This document shows positions 54,201-64,000 of a stretch of 64,000 nucleotides of DNA, piece by piece (the stretch's first letter is position 1; every line of letters begins with the position of its first letter). The notes under the pieces were generated by a model that had not been told where the DNA came from, made no database searches, and worked only from the letters and a program-made list of their open reading frames with translations. The stretch lies in NCBI GenBank assembly GCA_964057225.1, contig OZ059899.1, positions 20,956,001-21,020,000 of the forward strand. The letters are read 5' to 3'. Source of the stretch: Auanema rhodensis (Eukaryota > Animalia > Nematoda). Position numbers and translations under genes: made by a program.

Positions 54201-57200
54201 GTACATGGAAACTCAACATACACTAATGCATCATTTTTCAAACGATCATAACTAATTTTTGTATTAAGCGTTTCTCAAAGTAGTATAGTGCATTCGATGC
54301 GGATTTTTAAGCTGCGTCGATCTGTGTTATCAGATTTGCGCTAGCTTAAAAATGCACCGAGATATCAACTGATATAAGTTCACACATATATCCTCGATTT
54401 TCACCCTGAAGAATTAATTTTTTCGTTGAATAACATTGTTCATCGTCTTTGCCTTGAAAAAAGGAATCTAAGAACATCTACGTTTCGCTAAATTATTTTG
54501 AAATTTTTCGAAAAAATTTTTGTCAAAATGTTTTTGGAAGCAATGTTGAGTGTACATGGAAACTCAACATACACTAATGCATCATTTTTCAAACGATCAT
54601 AACTAATTATTGTATCAAGCGTTTTTCAATGTAATATAGTGCATTCGATGCGGATTTTTAAGTTGCGTCGATCTGTGTTATCAGATTTGCGCTTGCTTAA
54701 AAATGCACCTAGATATCAACTGATATAAGTTCACACTTATATCCTCGATTTTCACCCTGAAGAATTAATTTTTTCGTTGATTAACATTGTCCATCGTCTT
54801 TGCCTTGAAAAAAGGAATCTAAAAACATCTACTTTTTGCTAAATTATTTTGAAATTTTTCGAAAAAATTTTTGTCAAAATGTTTTTGGAAGCAATGTTGA
54901 GTGTACATGGAAACTCAACATACACTAATGCATCATTTTTCAAACGATCATAACTAATTTTTGTATTGAGCGTTTCTCATTGTAGTATAGTGCATTCGTT
55001 GCGGATTTTTAAGCTGCGTCGATCTGTGTTATCAGATTTGCGCTAGCTTAAAAATGCACCGAGATATCAACTGATATAAGTTCACACTTATATCCTCGAT
55101 TTTCACCCTGAAGAATTAATTTTTTCGTTGAATAACATTGTCCATCGTTTTTGCCTTGAAAAAAGGAATCTAAAAACATCTAATTTTTGCTAAATTATTT
55201 TGAAATTTTTCGAAAAAATTTTTGTCAAAATGTTTTTGGAAGCAATGTTGAGTGTACATGGAAACTCAACATACACTAAGGCATCATTTTTCAAACGATC
55301 ATAACTAATTTTTGTATTGAGCGTTTCTCAATGTAGTATAGTGCATTCGATGCGGATTTTTAAGCTGCGTCGATCTGTGTTATCAGATTTGCGCTAGCTT
55401 AAAAATGCACCGAGATATCAACTGATATAAGTTCACACTTATATCCTCGATTTTCACCCTGAAGAATTAATTTTTTCGTTGAATAACATTGTCCATCGTC
55501 TTTGCCTTGAAAAAAGGAATCTAAAAACATCTACTTTTTGCTAAATTATTTTGAAATTTTTTGAAAAAATTTTTGTCAAAATGTTTTTGGAAGCAATGTT
55601 GAGTGTACATGGAAACTCAACATACACTAATGCATCATTTTTCAAACGATCATAACTAATTTTTGTATTAAGCGTTTCTCAATGTAGTATAGTGCATTCG
55701 ATGCGGATTTTTAAGCTGCGTCGATCTGTGTTATCATATTTGCGCTAGCTTAAAAATGCACCGAGATATCAACTGATATAAGTTCACACTTATATCCTCA
55801 ATTTTCACCCTGAAGAATTAATTTTTTCGTTGAATAACATTGTCCATCGTCTTTGCCTTGAAAAAAGGAATCTAAAAACATCTACTTTTTGCTAAATTAT
55901 TTTGAAATTTTTTGAAAAAATTTTTGTCAAAATGTTTTTGGAAGCAATGTTGAGTGTACATGGAAACTCAACATACACTAATGCATCATTTTTCAAACGA
56001 TCATAACTAATTTTTGTATTAAGCGTTTCTCAATGTAGTATAGTGCATTCGATGCGGATTTTTAAGCTGCGTCGATCTGTGTTATCATATTTGCGCTAGC
56101 TTAAAAATGCACCGAGATATCAACTGATATAAGTTCACACTTATATCCTCGATTTTCACCCTGAAGAATTAATTTTTTCGTTGAATAACATTGTCCATCG
56201 TCTTTCCCTTGAAAAAAGGAATCTAAAAACATCTACTTTTTGCTAAATTATTTTGAAATTTTTCGAAAAAATTTTTGTCAAAATGTTTTTGGAAGCAATG
56301 TTGAGTGTACATGGAAACTCAACATACACTAAGGCATCATTTTTCAAACGATCATAACTAATTTTTGTATTAAGCGTTTCTCAATGTAGTATAGTACATT
56401 CGATGCGGATTTTCAAGCTGCGTCGATCTGTGTTATCGGATTTGCGCTAGCTTAAAAATGCACCGAGATATCAACTGATATAAGTTCACACTTATATCCT
56501 CGATTTTCACCCTGAAGAATTAATTTTTTCGTTGAATAAAATTGTTCATCGTCTTTACCTTGAAAAAAGGAATCTAAAAACATCTACTTTTTGCTAAATT
56601 ATTCTGAAATTTTTCGAAAAAATTTTTGTCAAAATGTTTTTGGAAGCAATGTTGAGTGTACATGGAAACTCAACATACACTAATGCATCATTTTTCAAAC
56701 GATCATAACTAATTTTTGTATTAAGCGTTTCTCAATGTAGTATAGTACATTCGATGCGGATTTTCAAGCTGCGTCGATCTGTGTTATCAGATTTGCGCTA
56801 GCTTAAAAATGCACCAAGATATCAACTGATATAAGTTCACACTTATATCCTCGATTTTCACCCTGAAGAATTAATTTTTTCGTTGAATAACATTGTTCAT
56901 CGTCTTTGCCTTGAAAAAAGGAATCTAAAAACATCTACTTTTTGCTAAATTATTCTGAAATTTTTCGAAAAAATTTTTGTCAAAATGTTTTTGGAAGCAA
57001 TGTTGAGTGTACATGGAAACTCAACATACACTAATGCATCATTTTTCAAACGATCATAACTAATTTTTGTATTAAGCGTTTCTCAATGTAGTATAGTGCA
57101 TTCAATGCAGATTTTTAAGCTGCGTCGATCTGTGTTATCAGATTTGCGCTAGCTTAAAAATGCACCGAGATATCAACTGATATAAGTTCACACTTATATC

Positions 57201-57914
57201 CTCGATTTTCACCCTGAAGAATTAATTTTTTCGTTGAATAACATTGTCCATCGTCTTTGCCTTGAAAAAAGGAATCTAAAAACATCTACTTTTTGCTAAA
57301 TTATTTTGAAATTTTTTGAAAAAATTTTTGTCAAAATGTTTTTGGAAGCAATGTTGAGTGTACATGGAAACTCAACATACACTAATGCATCATTTTTCAA
57401 ACGATCATAACTAATTTTTGTATTAAGCGTTTCTCAATGTAGTATAGTGAATTCGATGCGGATTTTTAAGCTGCGTCGATCTGTGTTATCATATTTGCGC
57501 TAGCTTAATAATGCACCGAGATATCAACTGATATAAGTTCACACTTATATCCTCAATTTTCACCCTGAAGAATTAATTTTTTCGTTGAATAACATTGTTC
57601 ATCGTCTTTGCCTTGAAAAAAGAAATCTAAAAACATCTACTTTTTGCTAAATTATTCTGAAATTTTTCGAAAAAATTTTTGTCAAAATGTTTTTGGAAGC
57701 AATGTTGAGTGTACATGGAAACTCAACATACACTAATGCATCATTTTTCAAACGATCATAACTAATTTTTGTATTAAGCGTTTCTCAATGTAGTATAGTG
57801 CATTCGATGCAGATTTTTAAGCTGCGTCGATCTGTGTTATCAGATTTGCGCTAGCTTAAAAATGCACCGAGATATCAACTGATATAAGTTCACACTTATA
57901 TCCTCGATTTTCAC
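51246..57914. repeat. Copy 2 of the 19-monomer duplicated segment
   Basis: Same order of monomer haplotypes as 34398-41066. Differences seen only at 55149, 56438, 57450 and in a short tract at 52122-52180. Confidence 0.93.
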
Positions 57915-58967
57915 CCTGAAGAATTAATTTTTTCGTTGAATAAAATTGTTCATCGTCTTTACCTTGAAAAAAGGAATCTAAAAACATCTACTTTTTGCTA
58001 AATTATTCTGAAATTTTTCGAAAAAATTTTTGTCAAAATGTTTTTGGAAGCAATGTTGAGTGTACATGGAAACTCAACATACACTAATGCATCATTTTTC
58101 AAACGATCATAACTAATTTTTGTATTAAGCGTTTCTCAATGTAGTATAGTACATTCGATGCGGATTTTCAAGCTGCGTCGATCTGTGTTATCAGATTTGC
58201 GCTAGCTTAAAAATGCACCAAGATATCAACTGATATAAGTTCACACTTATATCCTCGATTTTCACCCTGAAGAATTAATTTTTTCGTTGAATAACATTGT
58301 CCATCGTCTTTCCCTTGAAAAAAGGAATCTAAAAACATCTACTTTTTGCTAAATTATTTTGAAATTTTTCGAAAAAATTTTTGTCAAAATGTTTTTGGAA
58401 GCAATGTTGAGTGTACATGGAAACTCAACATACACTAAGGCATCATTTTTCAAACGATCATAACTAATTTTTGTATTAAGCGTTTCTCAATGTAGTATAG
58501 TACATTCGATGCGGATTTTCAAGCTGCGTCGATCTGTGTTATCAGATTTGCGCTAGCTTAAAAATGCACCGAGATATCAACTGATATAAGTTCACACTTA
58601 TATCCTCGATTTTCACCCTGAAGAATTAATTTTTTCGTTGAATAAAATTGTTCATCGTCTTTACCTTGAAAAAAGGAATCTAAAAACATCTACTTTTTGC
58701 TAAATTATTCTGAAATTTTTCGAAAAAATTTTTGTCAAAATGTTTTTGGAAGCAATGTTGAGTGTACATGGAAACTCAACATACACTAATGCATCATTTT
58801 TCAAACGATCATAACTAATTTTTGTATTAAGCGTTTCTCAATGTAGTATAGTACATTCGATGCGGATTTTCAAGCTGCGTCGATCTGTGTTATCAGATTT
58901 GCGCTAGCTTAAAAATGCACCAAGATATCAACTGATATAAGTTCACACTTATATCCTCGATTTTCAC

Positions 58968-61900
58968 CCTGAAGAATTAATTTTTTCGTTGAATAACATT
59001 GTTCATCGTCTTTGCCTTGAAAAAAGGAATCTAAAAACATCTACTTTTTGCTAAATTATTCTGAAATTTTTCGAAAAAATTTTTGTCAAAATGTTTTTGG
59101 AAGCAATGTTGAGTGTACATGGAAACTCAACATACACTAATGCATCATTTTTCAAACGATCATTACTAATTTTTGTATTAAGCGTTTCTCAATGTAGTAT
59201 AGTGCATTCAATGCAGATTTTTAAGCTGCGTCGATCTGTGTTATCAGATTTGCGCTAGCTTAAAAATGCACCGAGATATCAACTGATATAAGTTCACACT
59301 TATATCCTCGATTTTCACCCTGAAGAATTAATTTTTTCGTTGAATAACATTGTCCATCGTCTTTGCCTTGAAAAAAGGAATCTAAAAACATCTACTTTTT
59401 GCTAAATTATTTTGAAATTTTTTGAAAAAATTTTTGTCAAAATGTTTTTGGAAGCAATGTTGAGTGTACATGGAAACTCAACATACACTAATGCATCATT
59501 TTTCAAACGATCATAACTAATTTTTGTATTAAGCGTTTCTCAATGTAGTATAGTGCATTCGATGCGGATTTTTAAGCTGCGTCGATCTGTGTTATCATAT
59601 TTGCGCTAGCTTAATAATGCACCGAGATATCAACTGATATAAGTTCACACTTATATCCTCAATTTTCACCCTGAAGAATTAATTTTTTCGTTGAATAACA
59701 TTGTTCATCGTCTTTGCCTTGAAAAAAGAAATCTAAAAACATCTACTTTTTGCTAAATTATTCTGAAATTTTTCGAAAAAATTTTTGTCAAAATGTTTTT
59801 GGAAGCAATGTTGAGTGTACATGGAAACTCAACATACACTAATGCATCATTTTTCAAACGATCATAACTAATTTTTGTATTAAGCGTTTCTCAATGTAGT
59901 ATAGTGCATTCGATGCAGATTTTTAAGCTGCGTCGATCTGTGTTATCAGATTTGCGCTAGCTTAAAAATGCACCGAGATATCAACTGATATAAGTTCACA
60001 CTTATATCCTCGATTTTCACCCTGAAGAATTAATTTTTTCGTTGAATAACATTGTCCATCGTCTTTGCCTTGAAAAAAGGAATCTAAAAACATCTACTTT
60101 TTGCTAAATTATTTTGAAATTTTTTGAAAAAATTTTTGTCAAAATGTTTTTGGAAGCAATGTTGAGTGTACATGGAAACTCAACATACACTAATGCATCA
60201 TTTTTCAAACGATCATAACTAATTTTTGTATTAAGCGTTTTTCAATGTAGTACAGTGCATTCGATGCGGATTTTTAAGCTGCGTCGATCTGTGTTATCAT
60301 ATTTGCGCTAGCTTAATAATGCACCGAGATATCAACTGATATAAGTTCACACTTATATCCTCAATTTTCACCCTGAAGAATTAATTTTATCGTTGAATAA
60401 CATTGTTCATCGTCTTTGCCTTGAAAAAAGGAATCTAAAAACATCTACTTTTTGCTAAATTATTCTGAAATTTTTCGAAAAAATTTTTGTCAAAATGTTT
60501 TTGGAAGCAATGTTGAGTGTACATGGAAACTCAACATACACTAATGCATCATTTTTCAAACGATCATAACTAATTTTTGTATTAAGCGTTTCTCAATGTA
60601 GTATAGTGCATTCGATGCAGATTTTTAAGCTGCGTCGATCTGTGTTATCAGATTTGCGCTAGCTTAAAAATGCACCGAGATATCAACTGATATAAGTTCA
60701 CACTTATATCCTCGATTTTCACCCTGAAGAATTAATTTTTTCGTTGAATAACATTGTCCATCGTCTTTGCCTTGAAAAAAGGAATCTAAAAACATCTACT
60801 TTTTGCTAAATTATTTTGAAATTTTTTGAAAAAATTTTTGTCAAAATGTTTTTGGAAGCAATGTTGAGTGTACATGGAAACTCAACATACACTAATGCAT
60901 CATTTTTCAAACGATCATAACTAATTTTTGTATTAAGCGTTTCTCAATGTAGTATAGTGCATTCGATGCGGATTTTTAAGCTGCGTCGATCTGTGTTATC
61001 ATATTTGCGCTAGCTTAAAAATGCACCGAGATATCAACTGATATAAGTTCACACTTATATCCTCAATTTTCACCCTGAAGAATTAATTTTTTCGTTGAAT
61101 AACATTGTCCATCGTCTTTGCCTTGAAAAAAGGAATCTAAAAACATCTACTTTTTGCTAAAATATTTTGAAATTTTTCGAAAGAATTTTTGTCAAAATGT
61201 TTTTGGAAGCAATGTTGAGTGTACATGGAAACTCAACGTACACTAATGCATCATTTTTCAAACGATCATAACTAATTTTTGTAGTAAGCGTTTCTCAATG
61301 TAGTATAGTGCATTCGATGCGGATTTTTAAGCTGCGTCGATCTGTGTTATCAGATTTGCGCTAGCTTAAAAATGCACCGAGATATCAACTGATATAAGTT
61401 CACACTTATATCCTCGATTTTCACCCTGAAGAATTAATTTTTTCGTTGAATAACATTGTCCATCGTCTTTGCCTTAAAAAAAGGAATCTAAAAACATCTA
61501 CTTTTTGCTAAATTATTTTGAAATTTTTCGAAAAAATTTTTGTCAAAATGTTTTTGGAAGCAATGTTGAGTGTACATGGAAACTCAACATACACTAATGC
61601 ATCATTTTTCAAACGATCATAACTAATTTTTGTATTAAGCGTTTCTCAATGTAGTATAGTGCATTCGATGCGGATTTTTAAGCTGCGTCGATCTGTGCTA
61701 TCAGATTTGCGCTAGCTTAAAAATGCACCTAGATATCAACTGATATAAGTTCACACTTATATCCTCGATTTTCACCCTGAAGAATTAATTTTTTCGTTGA
61801 ATAACATTGTCCATCGTCTTTGCCTTGAAAAAAGGAATCTAAAAACATTTACTTTTTGCTAAATTATTTTGAAATTTTTCGAAAAAATTTTTGTCAAAAT

Positions 61901-64000
61901 GTTTTTGGAAGCAATGTTGAGTGTACATGGAAACTCAACATACACTAATGCATCATTTTTCAAACGATCATAACTAATTTTTGTATTAAGCGTTTCTCAA
62001 TGTAGTATAGTACATTCGATGCGGATTTTCAAGCTGCGTCGATCTGTGTTATCAGATTTGCGCTAGCTTAAAAATGCACCAAGATATCAACTGATATAAG
62101 TTCACACTTATATCCTCGATTTTCACCCTGAAGAATTAATTTTTTCGTTGAATAACATTGTTCATCGTCTTTGCCTTGAAAAAAGGAATCTAAAAACATC
62201 TACTTTTTGCTAAATTATTCTGAAATTTTTCGAAAAAATTTTTGTCAAAATGTTTTTGGAAGCAATGTTGAGTGTACATGGAAACTCAACATACACTAAT
62301 GCATCATTTTTCAAACGATCATTACTAATTTTTGTATTAAGCGTTTCTCAATGTAGTATAGTGCATTCAATGCAGATTTTTAAGCTGCGTCGATCTGTGT
62401 TATCAGATTTGCGCTAGCTTAAAAATGCACCGAGATATCAACTGATATAAGTTCACACTTATATCCTCGATTTTCACCCTGAAGAATTAATTTTTTCGTT
62501 GAATAACATTGTCCATCGTCTTTGCCTTGAAAAAAGGAATCTAAAAACATCTACTTTTTGCTAAATTATTTTGAAATTTTTTGAAAAAATTTTTGTCAAA
62601 ATGTTTTTGGAAGCAATGTTGAGTGTACATGGAAACTCAACATACACTAATGCATCATTTTTCAAACGATCATAACTAATTTTTGTATTAAGCGTTTCTC
62701 AATGTAGTATAGTGCATTCGATGCGGATTTTTAAGCTGCGTCGATCTGTGTTATCATATTTGCGCTAGCTTAATAATGCACCGAGATATCAACTGATATA
62801 AGTTCACACTTATATCCTCAATTTTCACCCTGAAGAATTAATTTTTTCGTTGAATAACATTGTTCATCGTCTTTGCCTTGAAAAAAGAAATCTAAAAACA
62901 TCTACTTTTTGCTAAATTATTCTGAAATTTTTCGAAAAAATTTTTGTCAAAATGTTTTTGGAAGCAATGTTGAGTGTACATGGAAACTCAACATACACTA
63001 ATGCATCATTTTTCAAACGATCATAACTAATTTTTGTATTAAGCGTTTCTCAATGTAGTATAGTGCATTCGATGCAGATTTTTAAGCTGCGTCGATCTGT
63101 GTTATCAGATTTGCGCTAGCTTAAAAATGCACCGAGATATCAACTGATATAAGTTCACACTTATATCCTCGATTTTCACCCTGAAGAATTAATTTTTTCG
63201 TTGAATAACATTGTCCATCGTCTTTGCCTTGAAAAAAGGAATCTAAAAACATCTACTTTTTGCTAAATTATTTTGAAATTTTTTGAAAAAATTTTTGTCA
63301 AAATGTTTTTGGAAGCAATGTTGAGTGTACATGGAAACTCAACATACACTAATGCATCATTTTTCAAACGATCATAACTAATTTTTGTATTAAGCGTTTT
63401 TCAATGTAGTACAGTGCATTCGATGCGGATTTTTAAGCTGCGTCGATCTGTGTTATCATATTTGCGCTAGCTTAATAATGCACCGAGATATCAACTGATA
63501 TAAGTTCACACTTATATCCTCAATTTTCACCCTGAAGAATTAATTTTATCGTTGAATAACATTGTTCATCGTCTTTGCCTTGAAAAAAGGAATCTAAAAA
63601 CATCTACTTTTTGCTAAATTATTCTGAAATTTTTCGAAAAAATTTTTGTCAAAATGTTTTTGGAAGCAATGTTGAGTGTACATGGAAACTCAACATACAC
63701 TAATGCATCATTTTTCAAACGATCATAACTAATTTTTGTATTAAGCGTTTCTCAATGTAGTATAGTGCATTCGATGCAGATTTTTAAGCTGCGTCGATCT
63801 GTGTTATCAGATTTGCGCTAGCTTAAAAATGCACCGAGATATCAACTGATATAAGTTCACACTTATATCCTCGATTTTCACCCTGAAGAATTAATTTTTT
63901 CGTTGAATAACATTGTCCATCGTCTTTGCCTTGAAAAAAGGAATCTAAAAACATCTACTTTTTGCTAAATTATTTTGAAATTTTTTGAAAAAATTTTTGT
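58968..64000. repeat. Duplication at a 9-monomer offset (3159 bp), truncated by the window end
   Basis: cattact (~59164/62323), tttttc plus gtacag (60241-60253/63400-63412) and ttttatcg (~60389/63548) recur 3159 bp apart. Confidence 0.9.

Larger units (their letters stand above)
1..64000. repeat. Satellite DNA array, 351-bp monomer, ~182.3 head-to-tail copies, running off both window ends
   Basis: The anchor cctgaagaattaatttttt recurs at 1, 352, 703, 3511, 7021, 10531, then at 351*n from 12285 to 63882. Copies differ by only a few substitutions each. No non-satellite sequence or strand switch seen. Consensus has 110 G+C of 351 bases. Confidence 0.99.

Noticed and set aside
1-64000. CRISPR array or other repeat-spacer system
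   Set aside because: There are no unique spacers; the entire 351 bp is repeated nearly identically and no cas genes are present.
1-64000. Assignment to a named ~350-360-bp insect satellite family (e.g. Drosophila 1.688 or tenebrionid beetle satellites)
   Set aside because: Only length and AT content are similar; I do not recognise the sequence and cannot run a search.
1-64000. Pure assembly or concatemer artefact
   Set aside because: Copies carry structured, shared and recombining SNP haplotypes rather than identical units or random errors. Individual duplications still need read validation.

Overview
The whole 64 kb window is one uninterrupted, head-to-tail, single-orientation tandem array of a 351-bp AT-rich monomer (consensus about 31% GC by hand count). 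It holds 182 complete copies plus a 119-bp partial copy. Copies start at 1, 352, 703, and so on; after position ~12,050 they start at exact multiples of 351 (e.g. 14040, 35100, 63531, 63882). I found no genes, RNA genes, CRISPR spacers, transposon insertions or inversions, and all six reading frames are closed within each monomer. This is the architecture of eukaryotic (peri)centromeric or heterochromatic satellite DNA. An invertebrate host is my inference; I cannot name the family or species. The informative structure lies at two levels. Inside the monomer there are several nested inverted repeats, an apparently invariant 40-bp core, and strict length conservation. Between monomers, diagnostic SNPs show subfamily domains, local duplications with offsets of 3, 5, 6, 7, 9, 10 and 12 monomers, one long duplication offset by 48 monomers (16,848 bp), recombinant monomers and a probable gene-conversion tract. 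I see no protein-based or otherwise new biological system that the sequence itself supports. The best candidates for function are the invariant core and the dyad-rich monomer. All variant calls were made by eye and need confirmation by alignment. 'Pos.' means position within the monomer, with pos. 1 the first c of cctgaagaat.
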